Shown one piece after another: positions 1 to 14,060 of a stretch of DNA of 64,000 bases. The notes under the pieces were generated by a model, which searched no databases, was not told the origin of the DNA, and saw only the letters and a program-made list of their open reading frames with translations. Numbering within the stretch: the stretch's first letter is position 1; each line of letters begins with the position of its first letter. This stretch comes from Octopus vulgaris. Taxonomy: Eukaryota. Position numbers and translations under genes: made by a program. The DNA lies in the NCBI GenBank assembly GCA_951406725.2, contig OX597823.1, positions 108,438,001 through 108,502,000 of the forward strand, read 5' to 3'.

Positions 1-598
1 TCGCTAGGTTTCTTACAAAGGGGTCTAGTGCTCTTAGCTTAGACCTTTTGGGGGACAACCAGATTCAACCATCTCAAGTATAACTGTCCGAAATGGTCAT
101 GACTTCTGGTACTTGTCTGAAGAAAGAAAGCCAAGAACAACCTATCTTTTTTGTCCGTCCTTCTAATTGTTGTTTCTCTTGTCCGCCTTTGTGTCGTCTA
201 TCTGTCCGAATGTTTTAATGCCCTATATTGCATTTTTGTTCCATTTATACATATATATATATACCAAAGCATTATTACTGTTAAACAGTAATAATAAAGT
301 GGTTAGCAAGACTTCTACCTTAATAGGTGTAATATGAAATATTTGAATAAAAGAAGGGTAAAAATAACACTTGCCAAAGATGAAAGCAAAGGAGTCAAAA
401 ACCACCAATACTATGATAGATACATACACAAGTAATGCAATGAATATTTTAAAAAATAGTCCTACCTTCAGGATGGAATTTGAAGGTAGTTTACATACCC
501 CAATATCAATTGATTACGTAATTAATATTTTAGAACTACATGTTACTATCTCCAAGTAAACAAAGCGTGTTTTCTCATGCACAGCATGAAATCAATTG

Positions 599-636
<38 letters not shown>

Positions 637-660
637 AGGTGCAGAGTCTCATTTGCTCAA

Positions 661-742
661 CTGCTAAGTTACAAGGACATAAACACACCAACATTGGTTG
701 TCAAGCGATGGTGGTGGGGACAAACACAGACACACACATATA

Positions 743-790
<48 letters not shown>

Positions 791-977
791 TATATATATA
801 TGTATATATATACACGATGGGCTTCTTTCAGTTTCCGTCTACCAAATCCACTCACAAGGCTTTGGTCAGCCTGAGTCTATAGCAGAAGACACTTGCCCAA
901 GGGGCCACGCAGTAGGACTGAACCTGGAACCATGTAGTTGGTAAGCAAGCTACTTACCACACAGCCACTCCTATGCC
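661..977 (-). mobile_element. SINE family A (tRNA-derived head), 3'-truncated copy
   Basis: Matches the dispersed family at 10241-10640 and 23971-24382. The minus strand begins GGAGTGGCTGTGTGGTAAG (A-box-like), has GGTTCAGTCC (B-box-like) and an internal (TA)n tract. Confidence 0.85.
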
Positions 978-1014
978 AACGTGCTATTTATATATACACA
1001 TACATGTATTTTTG

Positions 1015-1049
<35 letters not shown>

Positions 1050-1539
1050 TCATATATATATATATATCAACACAGAAACACATATACTTGCATGCATATA
1101 CACATACATACATACTTAACATATATACATAAATAAATTACAATAGAAAGATTGTATCTGTTTGTGCATGTTTGTGTGTGTATGTGTGTTTGTGGGGACA
1201 AACACAGAGGCACACACTCACACACACACACACACACACACACCAACACGCATACATACACAAATTCACACTGCAGTACATGTAACTGATGCCTGTATGT
1301 TCGTACACACAAAAACACACCCAAGTGAATATTTTATTAGGATATAATGAAGAAGCAGCGACACGTTCATCAAAAGAGGAAATAGGCAGAAAATCCTTAT
1401 TATGTCAAGAGTACCATGGAGACTTTGGACTGACATAAAAAGGTATTTAGGCTGTTGATGATACAGCAGGATATATATTTGTATGTGACTCTATAGACAT
1501 ATGTGTGTATGTGTACACATGTGGGCGTATGTGTGATCT

Positions 1540-1577
<38 letters not shown>

Positions 1578-1718
1578 TACACTTCTTTTAGGCTTTTATA
1601 GTAAAGTGATAATAAGATTAACTAGAATGTTCAGAGGTGTTTTACTGATATGGTCTTATATGCATTTGTGAGGAATATGTATGTAGTTTTGGCATTAAAT
1701 TTGTGTGTGTGAGTGTCT

Positions 1719-1751
<33 letters not shown>

Positions 1752-1870
1752 AGCGTGTGTGTAAGTGTGCGTAGATGTATTGAGTTGATAGAATTTCTAT
1801 ATTGTACATATGCATACATACATATATATATGTAAAGATACACACACACATACACACACACATGCACATA

Positions 1871-1944
<74 letters not shown>

Positions 1945-1976
1945 AAGAGAGATTACTTGAAAGATAGATAGATAGA

Positions 1977-2029
<53 letters not shown>

Positions 2030-2199
2030 AAGATAGATAGGTATTGGAATGTGTGTGTATGTATATATATTTATAGAAAGTGGATACCATTTATATATTC
2101 CCCCATCTCTCTATTATGTTGGTATGTTTCTATGCAGAATGTGTTAGAGGTTTATATACATGCACATTTATATGTACATGTATGTATGTATGAACGTAC

Positions 2200-2230
<31 letters not shown>

Positions 2231-2694
2231 TGTATGTATGTATAGTTCTCTTTTTTTAATTATGCAAATTCCTCCGCTGAAGAAGGAACTGGTTTCTAAC
2301 AAAGACACATATTACTCCATCACTGAACAATGTCATATTTTAACTTGAGAAATGTCTTGCAGACTTTTGCTGTTCCACTTACATATTGTATTCATAATGT
2401 GCAATTTAGTCGTTTGATTTCTTTATCTGGAAATCCGAGCTTATCCTCCATCCACAGCCACCTTTCACTCCCCTATCACGCTGCCATGAACCTATCCACC
2501 CACACATAGCCACTCTCAGTATTCTCTCATATACCCACCTTCTATTTTGAGAGTATGTACCAACACCTCATCACGACCATTTCTACCTTCTTTCCACTTT
2601 CTCCCACCCGCTCTGTCATATGATGTGGGGTAGACATATATCTCTTCTATAGCAGCAGTGCACTCTGAAAAAAAATCAACAGTACACTCTGTGA

Positions 2695-2840
2695 ATTGGT
2701 TCACTTTAGGAAGGACATCCAGCCAAAGAAACTATATCAAAGCTGACACTGGAGTTCAAATTAGTTCGCCATCTTGGTGGATGCTGTCAAACAGTCCAGC
2801 CCTGCCAGCATGGAAGAGAGAAGTTAAAGTGATGATGATG
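2695..2840 (+). mobile_element. Repeat family D, diverged 3' part ending in a GAT tail
   Basis: AGGAAGGACATCCAGCC and GCCAGCATGGAAGAGAGAAGTTAAAGTGATGATG align with the 3' end of the copy at 11060-11477. Confidence 0.65.
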
Positions 2841-2880
2841 ATGATGGTGGTGATGATGATCGTGATGATGATGATGATGA

Positions 2881-2927
<47 letters not shown>

Positions 2928-2977
2928 GATGGTGATGGTGATGATGATGATGGGGATGATGGTGTTGGTGATGATGG

Positions 2978-3008
<31 letters not shown>

Positions 3009-3010
3009 GG

Positions 3011-3054
<44 letters not shown>

Positions 3055-3254
3055 GTGACGATGGTGATGGTGATGATGGTGATGATGATGATGATGATGG
3101 TGATGGTGATGGCGATGGTGATGATGGTGATGATGATGATGATGATGGTGATGGTGATGGCGATGGTGATGATGGTGATGATGATGATGATGATGGTGGT
3201 GATGATGATGATGATGATGATGATGGTGATGGTGATGATGATGATGATGATGAT
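2830..3254. repeat. (GAT/GGT)n compound trinucleotide microsatellite
   Basis: Directly visible. It is the source of the poly-D/M/H/S ORFs in the track. Confidence 0.97.
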
Positions 3255-3272
3255 CCATACACACACACACAC

Positions 3273-3437
3273 ATGATGGGCTTCTTTCAGTTTCTGCCTA
3301 TCAGATTTACTCACAAGGTTTTGGTTGGCTTGCAGCTATTGTAGAAGACACTTGCTTGCGGTTCCACGCAGAGGAACTGAACCTGTGACCATGTGCTTGG
3401 GAAGCGAATTCTATAACAACACAGCCATGTCTGTGCT
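3273..3437 (-). mobile_element. SINE family A, diverged 5' half
   Basis: GGGCTTCTTTCAGTTTC...ACTCACAAGG...AGAAGACACTTGC...ACTGAACCTG align with other family A copies. Confidence 0.75.
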
Positions 3438-3509
3438 TATATATTTACAAGCAAACACACACACAGCACAAGAAACATATCCAAGCAACACACCCGTAGA
3501 TACATGCAC

Positions 3510-3727
3510 GTAAGTGTTGGCATTTGGAAGAGCATCTGGGTGCAAAGACCATGCCAAAACAGACATCACTGGTGCTGATGCCATGTAAAAAGCACAGGAA
3601 GGGCATCCAACCATAAACTCTGTGTCAAACAGACAGAGAAGCCTGGTGTAGTCTTCAGCCTAGCCAAGCTCCTGTCAAACTGTTCAACCCATGCCAGCAT
3701 GGTAAAATGGATGTTAAATGATGATAG
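3510..3727 (+). mobile_element. Repeat family D, diverged copy
   Basis: Contains AGGAAGGGCATCCA and CAACCCATGCCAGCATGG...GTTAAATGATGAT, shared with 11060-11477. Confidence 0.7.
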
Positions 3728-4089
3728 AGAAGATGATGAACCAGGCCCTGGCAATAATAGCAAGCAGGTGTGCATATCGTTTATATCATTAGTTAATGTG
3801 ATGGTAGGGGTGGTAGGTTTTGGAGGGAAGTAAGAAGAGGATGGAAAGTTCTAGAACGGAACATTGCAAGTGTTTTATTGAGACTGAAAAATGTTCATGA
3901 TCCGTAACCTTGAATTTCATGTTACCAATCACCAGACACAAGTGAACATCTGAGGTCAATACAAAATCAATGAAATTTATTGGATAATTTGATTGACTGT
4001 TTGACAGAAATAATATAAATGCTAATAATATAAAATAAAATCGAATAAATGAAACTTCCTGCATTTAGGAAGAAAGTTTTTTACAATAT

Positions 4090-4590
4090 CTGCTGCCGAG
4101 GAAAAATCCTTGGAAAGAACCATTTTAGAATTTAAGAAACACAGACACAATAAATCAACAATAGAATTAGAATTAAAAACAAAAGCATATTCTGTTGTGT
4201 CTGGGGAGAGTCATTTTCTTTTGTGCCTTATAATGTAACACACTCACCGGTAAAATTTCCACTTACATTATAAGGCACAAAAAGAAAATGACTCTCCCCA
4301 GACACAACAGAATATACTTCAACACACAAACTCATATAAAGAATCTTGCAAACCAAATCCCAAAACGAAATATATATATATATATATATATACATCTTTT
4401 ATTTTCCTAAAATTTTCAAGAAATAAGTGGAAATTTTACCGGTGAGTGTGTTACATTATAAGGCACAAAAAGAAAATGACTCTCCTCAGACACAACAGAA
4501 TATGCTTCAACACACAAACTCATATAAAGAATCTTATAAACCAAATCCAAAAACGAAATACAAAAGTATGCAAATATATCGATAAAAACA
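4090..4590. repeat. Inverted plus direct repeat cluster (Penelope-like pLTR arrangement suspected)
   Basis: 4183-4238 is the reverse complement of 4263-4319 (24-nt spacer), 4183-4265 is the reverse complement of ~4423-4507, and 4263-4371 is directly repeated at 4451-4560. Confidence 0.8.
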
Positions 4591-5242
4591 AATTTACTTT
4601 TGGGAAAAATGAATGAAAGGAAGTCTAAATAAGACAAAGAAGTGGTCAAGAAATATAAAAGAAATATAAAAGAGAGTTTGTTAAAGAAAGTATGAAACTT
4701 TGAAACAAGGTGTACACACAATGATAATAAACACTGATACATAACTTCAGTTTGGAAAAATATAGCTTCAGGGACATATGCACAGGTGAGGAAGAACAGG
4801 TGAACACGAGTAAAGATTATATATTGACTAGAGAGAGCCGTAGTGTGTGGGGTGAAGGGTAAAACAATTGTTGTGTAGTTTTGTTAGGTGTCATAAAAAC
4901 AAAATGAACACACAGATACAAAAAAGCTGATTAAAATTAATGGACAAAATTTAGTCTGAAATAATGGGAAAGGTACATGAAAATGTATAGAAATAAAGAA
5001 TTCAAAATTTATAAAAAATGAAAAAAAGATTAATGATCTTTTGTAAAAGTCATATGCATAATTTATATCGTGTTTGATGAAAAGCCATGTAAAAAACTAT
5101 ATAAAAGTTATCTAAAGACTGTAGATGGATCAAATGTGATAGCTAAAAGAAAGAGATGAAAGAGAGAGTGCAAGAGACCTTCCAGCATATTCTAAATTGT
5201 AATGATAACAATAACCATTGGTGATAAAGAGAAAGCTATATG

Positions 5243-6375
5243 TATGAGGTGTATTCCAGATGTTTTGAGTGTCGTTTAGAAGAGGCAGTTATAGCTGTCT
5301 TACATTATTGTAATTTTAGCATATCATTACAATATATATATAAAGCTGATCTGCCAACTTTTGTTATTCCAGATTAAAGGAGATGTCTGCCCTGCACTTT
5401 GAACACACCCTGATAAATACTACTTGTCACGGCTGACTGATTTGCGGAATGCAGCTGGGACATGAAGAGAATTTGAAAGCTTGCTATGCCATAAAGTCTT
5501 GGATTAAACAGGGAAAAATGCTGCAGAAACCTATGTAATGTCCTAAACTGCTTATGGATTAAATTACATCTGGTTTTTGGCTAGCACAAAATTTTTTTTT
5601 TTTCATTTATGCACCCTTTTTCAAGCCTAGCTAGGCTCATGGGCCCAGTTTCCTGATTTCTGTGGCATATGTGTTCCCCCCAGCTGGACGGGATGCCAGT
5701 CCATCACAGCATTACTCAAGAAACAGGAAGAAAGAGTGAGAGAAAGTTGGGGCGAAAGAATACAACAGGGGTCACCACCTTCCCTTGCTGGAGCCTCGTG
5801 GAGCTTTAGGTGTTTTCGCTCAATAAACACACACAACACCCGGTCTGGGAATTGAACCCCAATCCTCTGACAGTGAGTCCGCTGCCCTAACCACTGGGCC
5901 ATTGCACCTCCACAAAAAGTAGGAAAAGTAAATCCATTAGGAAGATCATGATAATCCCCTTTGTCGACAGTAAGGGGATCATCTACATGTGCTGGTTTCC
6001 TTCTGGCCTAGCAGTCAATAAAGAATATTTTGTGGAGGTTTGGAGATAGTTGAGGAAGAGATTTTATCGCAAAAGGCCAGAACCTCTACACCAGGACAAT
6101 GCAGCACCAGTCCACCATTCTATCCTGATAACCAACTACTTGAGAGAGGTGGACATCAAAACTGTCCCTCGTTTTCCCTTCTGTTCATACCTTTCTCTCT
6201 GTGACTTTTGGTTGTTCTGGAAGCTGAAGAAGGGGGTGAAGGAGGCTGTGACAAGGGTTCTGTACACTTTCACTTTGGCTGATTTCTATGAAATTATCCT
6301 GAAGGAGCTGGATTGCTACAACATAGGCATTGCAGTCAGAGGATCCTGTCTCAAAGGAGATTAGGGTTTCATCCA
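5243..6375 (+). mobile_element. Decayed mariner (DD34D-type) transposon, interrupted by a SINE
   Basis: Translated remnants YAIKSWIKQGK/AAETYVM, KSIRKIMIIPFVDSKGIIY and LHQDNAAPVH...TVPRFPFCSYLSLCDFWLFWKLK match mariner HDNA and YSPDLAPCDF motifs. A TIR-like TA-TGAGGTGTATTCCAGA lies at 5243. Confidence 0.85.
5592..5910 (-). mobile_element. SINE family C (tRNA-like head) inserted in mariner
   Basis: Minus-strand head TGGCCCAGTGGTTAGGG and GGTTCAATTCC, tail shared with 61474-61736, and CACAAAA on both flanks (5585 and 5911) as a possible TSD. Confidence 0.8.
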
Positions 6376-6437
6376 ACCGATATGATCTTGGGAAAGTGGA
6401 CATAAAAACAATGATGAGGATGATGATGATGATATGT

Positions 6438-6664
6438 GTGAACTGGCAGACATGTTAGCGCGTCAGGCGAAATGCTTAGCGGTATTTCGTCTGTCGTTAA
6501 GTTCTGAGTTCAAATTCCGCCGAGGTCAACTTTGCCTTTCATCCTTTCGGAGTCGATAAATAAAGTACCAGTTTCGCACTGGGGACGATATAATCGACTC
6601 AATCCCTTCATCTGTCCTTGTTTGTCCCCTCTATGTTTAGCCCCTTCTGGGCAGTAAAGAAATA
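6438..6664 (+). mobile_element. SINE family B (tRNA-like head)
   Basis: CTGGCAGA...GTTAGC head, GAGTTCAAATTCC B-box and tail TTTAGCCCCTT...GTAAAGAAATA, shared with the copies at 14061, 18953, 35999 and 63535. Confidence 0.88.
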
Positions 6665-7418
6665 TATATATAGTTCTAAATGAATATGTGTAATGTGGAT
6701 AAAAGATAGTTTGTAATAGTTTTATACATCTTTGGATGTCAAAGTCTTCTAGTGATTGTGTAGTAACTGGTCACTGCCAAACACTTTACTGTATCTCAGC
6801 TATAGCATATAAGATAACTAAAATACTGTAAAAATGCAGCTACAATGATTCTACCAGGTTGGGATTATTTTCATCCCAACAAACAGTCTGGATGAGAATT
6901 ATTGCAGAACAAGTCCTGCTCATGAAAATCAAGGCTTGCAGTCGTAAACAAAAGAGAACAACAACAATAACAACCAACAACAACAAAGGCAGCTGCAATA
7001 GCAAAAACAACAACAGCAAAAACAGCCACTACCTTAGTAAGTTTACACTAATGAGGGAGCTTCTATATATGTGTGTCAGAGATGTTAGAAATAGCAGTTG
7101 AATCTTCCTTAAATCATGTCTTTCTCTCTTGGAAAAAAAACTCATTTTACAATGTGATCCTAGATAAACTATCTCTGATAAAATGGGTAGAATCGCCCCA
7201 TGGCTGGGAAGTCTTTTGAGTATAGGTCTCCATGATCCTACAGTTACAATAACAATAACAACAACAAAAAATGCTATGCAATATTTTCTTTCGTTATTCT
7301 CGATTTCTATTTAATTGTAATTATTCTGTCAGGAATTATATTTTATTTCTATTTAACTTTCAGTTTCATTTTCTTTTTTCTTTTTCTGCACTCTCTAAAA
7401 CACACTCTGCCCCCCCCT

Positions 7419-7539
<121 letters not shown>

Positions 7540-8199
7540 CTATCTATCTATCTTCTGCTCTAACACTCTCATTAGTTAAGCTCAGCTCATTAATTATACT
7601 TTCTTCTCTGTTACTATCTCTCTTTCTCTCTCTCTCTCTCTCCCTCTCTTTCTTTTCACTTATTGCTCATCCTCTTTCTTTCCCTTGCACTCCTCATCCT
7701 TGCACTCTTCCTCTTTATTTTCCCCCTTTGTTGTAGCTGCAAGTGTGTGTGTGTGGGGGGGAGCAGGGTTGGTGAGGGCTAATCGGAAGTGTTATTGATA
7801 CTGTTGTTGCAATTTTTGTTGTTGTTGCTATTGTTGTTTACACTATTGATGTTGTTGTAGCTGCGTTCTTGTTGCTACTTGAAGGGAAGGGGAGGATGTT
7901 GTTGTTGTTGTTGTTGTTGACTTTATCGTTAATCATTCTCTTGTTATTGTTGTTGTAGGTGCAAAAATGTTATTGATACTGTTGCTGCTGCTATTGTTGT
8001 TGTTGTTGTTGTCATCATTAACTACAAGAGCAGAAGTATTCTTGTTGAGGCTGCTGCTGCTGCTGTTGCTGCTGCTGTTATTGTTGTTGTTGTTGTTACA
8101 GAAGAAAATTACCATTATATTACAGGCAATAAAACTCCACATAATAATAACTTTGGCTAAAATTTTGCAAAGACACTTCCACCTGCTCTGGTTGAAGAC

Positions 8200-8207
8200 C
8201 AATAATG

Positions 8208-8262
<55 letters not shown>

Positions 8263-8359
8263 GGAAGATAATAATAATCACAAAAATGGCAACCATTATA
8301 ATTTCAAAACAACAACAATAATAATTAATATAATAAGAACAATAATAATAATAATAATG

Positions 8360-8414
<55 letters not shown>

Positions 8415-8430
8415 TAATAATGATAATAAT

Positions 8431-8486
<56 letters not shown>

Positions 8487-8645
8487 TAATAATAGTAATG
8501 AAGATAACAATAATGACAAAAACGGCAACCATTATAATTTCGAAACAACAACAATAATAATTAATATAAGAACAATAATAATAATAATAATGATAATAAT
8601 AATAATTATAACAATAATAGCGATAATGATAAGGATGATGATAAC
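8200..8645. repeat. (AAT)n microsatellite containing a ~70-bp direct duplication
   Basis: AAT tracts, with GGCAACCATTATAATTTC..AAACAACAACAATAATAATTAATATAA at both ~8288 and ~8525. Confidence 0.9.
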
Positions 8646-9304
8646 GGACTAACATTGATGTATGGACTAGGTTTGCAGTAGTCATAATTATTCTAGTGAT
8701 TGTCACCACTGCCAGTTATTTAACAAATCTTTTTTTCCATCCCACAATGCACCCACCACCACCACCACCCCTGCCACCACTGCAACAACAACAACAAAAT
8801 CCACAAACGCCACCATTACCTTTGCTGCCACTAACACCCTCATTCACATTGCGAGCACTGCCACCACATCCACCCTACATTCATTGAGATCCTCCCATTT
8901 CCCATTCGAAAGGAAAGAAGAAAATTTTTTTAAATCCTCAAAAAAGGAAATCCAGTGAAAAAGAGAAACAAATTTGAAAAAAAAACCTCTCTTTCCCTCA
9001 CTCTCTCTCTCTCCTTCACTCTCTCTCTTTCTCTCTCGTTCTTTCTCTCTCCCCACCTAAACTCAGACATCAGTCTCTAAACTATTACTGTTACCTTCTT
9101 CCCCACTTGGTCTTAAGTCACTCCCACCCCACACCCATATCCCCTATTGTCATAATCATCGTAGACCACTCCCCCACCCCCCCACCAAAACACACTACCC
9201 ATCCCATGTCACTTTCCTTCCATTCCCTACCATTTTCACAGACATCACATATTGCATTTCCGATATGTCCGGTATCTTCATTTAACTGAAAACAAAATTT
9301 TTTT

Positions 9305-9334
9305 TTAATAATGATTATCATGATGATGACGATG

Positions 9335-9392
<58 letters not shown>

Positions 9393-9551
9393 TGATTTCT
9401 TTTATTTGCCACCAAGGCAAAAGATGAGGGGGACAATACAGAAACAGACATCAAGTGTGGGGGTTTACTTAAAATGAAATGAGAGAAAAATATATATATG
9501 ATAATAATGATAATGATAATAACAATAATAATAATAATATTAATAATAATG

Positions 9552-9606
<55 letters not shown>

Positions 9607-9647
9607 TGATGATAATAACAATAATAATAATAATATTAATAATAATG

Positions 9648-9690
<43 letters not shown>

Positions 9691-9704
9691 TGATGATGAT
9701 GATG

Positions 9705-9735
<31 letters not shown>

Positions 9736-9827
9736 TAATAATAATAATAATAATAATGATAATAATGATAATAATAATAATAATAATGATAATAATGATA
9801 ATAATGATAATAATAATAATAAGGAAG

Positions 9828-9912
<85 letters not shown>

Positions 9913-9950
9913 TAATAATAATAATAATAATAATAACGATGATGATAATA
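9305..9950. repeat. (AAT/GAT)n microsatellite block
   Basis: Directly visible. It is the source of the poly-N/I/Y ORFs. Confidence 0.95.
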
Positions 9951-10033
9951 AGTACTACAAATACTACTAACAATTATAATATCAACAAAATTTTCACACA
10001 CATGTACATAATATGTGCTTATATGTGCACACC

Positions 10034-10065
<32 letters not shown>

Positions 10066-10097
10066 CAATATACATGTATACCATATATATATATATG

Positions 10098-10185
10098 TAT
10101 CAGATCGGAGCCTGGCACAGCCATCTGGTTCACCAGTCCTCAGTCAAATCGTCCAACCCATGCTAGCATGGAAAGTGGACGTTAC

Positions 10186-10228
<43 letters not shown>
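10098..10228 (+). mobile_element. Repeat family D, 3' end with (GAT)n tail
   Basis: CGTCCAACCCATGCTAGCATGGAAAGTGGACGTTA followed by (GAT)n. Confidence 0.75.
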
Positions 10229-10229
<1 letters not shown>

Positions 10230-10240
10230 ATATATATATA

Positions 10241-10748
<508 letters not shown>

Positions 10749-10770
10749 ATATATATACCATGATAAACAT

Positions 10771-10808
<38 letters not shown>

Positions 10809-11059
10809 TCAGATAAAAGAAGAAAACAAAGAAAACTAACAAACAGGAAGATAAATACTACTCTCAGAAATATCAAACCACCCCAGATTTTTACTTCGAA
10901 AGAACCTCCTGCAATACCAATAAGATCGTTAATAATAGTAGCAACAACAGTTGTAGCAAGAAGAACAACAACAGCTTACAATAATAAATATAAATAACCA
11001 ACTAACTTTGCTAATATTCAAACACTATTTTCCATACTTTCAACATTGTTGTTGTCTGT

Positions 11060-11477
11060 TCCTTCTCAAACCATGCCTGGCTCATAAGGTCTGAGTTACC
11101 AGTGCCGGTGGCACGTAAGAGAACCATCCGTTCGTGACCGTTGCCAGCGCCGCCTCGACTGGCCTCGTGCTGGTGGCACGTAAAAGCACCATCCACTCGT
11201 GTCCGTTGCCAGCCTCGCCTGGCCCCCGTGCCGGTGGCACGTAAAAGCACCATCCGTTCGTGGCCGTTTACCAGCTCCGTCTGGCACCTGTGTGGGTGGC
11301 ACGTAAAAAGCACCCACTACACTCACGGAGTGGTTGGCGTTAGGAAGGGCATCCAGCCGTAGAAACACTGCCAGATCAGACTGGCCTGGAGCAGCCTTCT
11401 GGCTTCACAGACCCCAGTTGAACCGTCCAACCCATGCTAGCATGGAAAGCGGACGCTAAATGGTGATGATGATGATG
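11060..11477 (+). mobile_element. Repeat family D (SINE-like) with internal ~62-bp tandem repeats and GAT tail
   Basis: GGTGGCACGTAA recurs at 11107, 11172, 11233 and 11295. The 3' part TTGGCGTTAGGAAGGGCATCCAG...GGACGCTAAA(TGA)n is shared with several other copies. Confidence 0.85.
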
Positions 11478-12741
11478 AACATTATGCAACGACCTTGTAA
11501 ATATGTTCAATACACCTGTGATTGTTTGTCCATCTGTTTTCATTAAAATATGCACCATATATGCATTCATATGGTGACTGTTCACTCATGATTGAAGAAG
11601 GCCATCGCTGACCATTGCTTATGCAAAATGTCAGCAATGCCTGTGTATAAGTTTATTTTACCCATGGTCATCTTCATCTGGGCTCACTCTGGTGGTTTCT
11701 GTGCTTGTTGTAATGTCCTATTACTTAACCGGGCATCAGAAAGTCACTTTGCCAGTGATCATGCAACCTAAAGTTTCAGATGCAATAAGGCCTGCACAAC
11801 ATTTCACAGACCCTTTCCAACCCTATCAACATGATCCAAAAGTAAAACTAGGGCAAGATATCCAGTGCCGATATGGGTCATAAGCTTAGGAATGTGGAAG
11901 CACCATGATCTCAAGCACAAGCAAAAGATCTTTAAAATGTCGACTGCCATTCCCTGTACATCCAGTTTTATATCAGAGTGACCTTCTCCTTGGGACATGC
12001 TTTGATGAAAGCTGAGTGGTACCTCACTCGTAGTGGTCTTCCAGCATGCTGGATATCAGCCTGGAATTTCTGAGGGCCCATGGTATCGCTAGACAATCAT
12101 TGGTGATACAGTGTGACTATGCTTAAGAAAATAGTGTGTAATCTTGATTAGGGACATTGAATGGTAGAATGAACAGAGGTGTAGGATAGACATTGAGACA
12201 TTGGAGATCAGTTATATAGTATATCATGTACTGCATTAAATAGACTACAGCTGATATAATCCAGCTCCATCTAGTACACCATTGACTATTTTGGTGGCAG
12301 TACATGGTTCCATAATGGTCTCAGCTGCAGTGAGGAGAAATTAGTGCGTATGTAGTTGTATGATCTACTCAAGAAAGTAACCAAATTTTTTCAAAAATGT
12401 ACCAAGTGACTTAGAAATGGTGACTGTAGATAAAGCAAGGAAATATTTTACTATCTAGTTGCTTGACCTGTCGAATAACAAGATCTCCTTTTGTGAACTG
12501 ACCAATAGATTAAGTTTAGCTGATAGAGACTGTTACAGTTTCTTAGGATTCTGGATTTTAAGCATGTCTAACCACAGCAGAGTATATAATAGATTATATG
12601 TACAGGATGAAATAAAGGACAGCTGATATAATGCATTACACAAAAGCACACCAGCTATAATATATTAAAGGCATGATAGCTGTGCTATATTAAATAAATT
12701 ACAGTTAATATATGATGCACCACAATATATAATATTAGCCA

Positions 12742-12980
12742 TAAAATAAATAAATAAATGTGCACTTTTAAAGCCTAGCGACTCTCACGGGCCCAGTTTC
12801 CCGGTTTCTATGGCATATGTGTTCCTCAGCTGGACGGGACGTTACTCATTTTTGCCAGCTGAGTGAACTGAAGCAATGTGAAATGAAGTGTTTTGCTCAA
12901 GAACACAATGCGTCGCTTGGTCCAGTAATCGAAACCACAATCTTACGATCATGGTGCTGACACCCTAACCACTAAGCCAC
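12742..12980 (-). mobile_element. SINE family C
   Basis: Reverse complement aligns with 61474-61736 (GGCTTAGTGGTTAGGGTG, GGTTTCGATT, GTTCTTGAGCAAAACACTTCATTTCAC). Confidence 0.85.
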
Positions 12981-13080
12981 AAATAAAGTATAGATAATAT
13001 GATATCATCCTATCATGGTATATAGTGTAAAAGCCATATCACATCAAATAAAATATAACTGATGTAATACTACCCGATTG

Positions 13081-13481
13081 TACAAGGTGGCATCACAAAG
13101 TCTTCAAATGCTTTCTGCAGTGCACCAACAGATGGCTGCACATGGCTGAGTATGCAATGAGAGCTAGTTGTCACCTTCGGGACATCACTGTGTTTACTTC
13201 ACAAGTTGTAAAATTTTTGTTGCAGTCTGTGATTTTGTCATGGACAGGAAGTTGGAACATGGAGCCAACATGAAATTTTGTGTTAAACTTGGGAAGTCTG
13301 CTACAGAGACTTTGAGTATGCTTTGGCAAGCTGAAGGTTATGAGGCAATGGGTCACATGCAATGTTTCGAGTGGCACAGGTGCTCAATCAAGAGCATGCA
13401 CATAATTTTTTCTGATATCCATAGAATTGTGCATCGAGAATTCATCCTCCATGGCTAGACTGTCAATTGAGAGTTCTACTG

Positions 13482-13482
<1 letters not shown>
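13081..13482 (+). mobile_element. Internally deleted mariner remnant
   Basis: MDRKLEHGANMKFCVKLGKSATETLSML...CFEWHR is a mariner N-terminal HTH, joined to IIFSDIHRIVHREFILHG from the catalytic domain. A TA-CAAGGTG TIR-like start is present. Confidence 0.88.
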
Positions 13483-13521
<39 letters not shown>

Positions 13522-14030
13522 TTGTATGTATATATCTATGTGTGTGTGTCTTTATGTCTGTGTTTGCCCCCCCCCCCGTTTGGTAACTGGTTTTGGTGTG
13601 TTTACGTCCCTGTAACTTACCAGTTCCACAAGAAGACATCGATAGAATAAATACTAGAGGCTTAAAAGAAAATCCTGGAGTAGATTCGTTTGTCTCATAC
13701 CCTTCAAGGTAGTGCCCCAGCATGACCGCAGTCAAATGATCGAAACAAGAAAAAGATAAAAGATATATATATATATATATATATGTATGTATATATATGT
13801 ATTTGTATGTATATATCTATGTCTGTGTTTGCCCCACCACCACCGTTTGGCAACTGGTTTTGGTGTGTTTATGTCCCCGTAACTTAGCAGTTCCACAAGA
13901 AGGCATCGATAGAATAAATACTAGAGGCTTAAAAGAAAATCCTGGAGTAGATTCATTTGTCTCATACTCTTCAAGGTGGTGCCCCAGCATGACCACAGTC
14001 AAATGATTGAAACAAGAAATAGATAAAAGA
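13483..14030 (+). repeat. Tandem duplication of a SINE family A 3' half
   Basis: The units ~13483-13762 and ~13763-14030 share private variants (CCACAAGAAG, TACTAGAGGCTTAAAAGAAAATCCTGGAGTAGATTC). Confidence 0.85.
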
Positions 14031-14060
14031 TATATGTGCGTGTTCATGTAAACTAGTGTA

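Noticed and set aside
1-220. GGACA..TGTCC-GAAA-TG-GTC, a hammerhead-like 3' half near the window start
   Set aside because: No CUGANGA core upstream of the putative stem II.
2658-3344. 228-aa Asp/Gly-rich ORF and overlapping poly-H/S/M ORFs
   Set aside because: They are translations of the GAT/GGT microsatellite flanked by SINE sequence.
7967-10166. Long poly-L/I/N ORFs that resemble signal or membrane peptides
   Set aside because: They derive from (TTG)n and (AAT)n repeats, with no domain or splice support.
11100-11315. Regularly spaced GGTGGCACGTAA repeats resembling a CRISPR array
   Set aside because: The intervening sequences are homologous to each other, the block is internal to dispersed repeat family D (also at 16970), there are no cas genes, and the context is eukaryotic.
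11560-12120. GC-richer unique segment, possibly a decayed LINE
   Set aside because: No recognisable protein motif and no second copy in the window.
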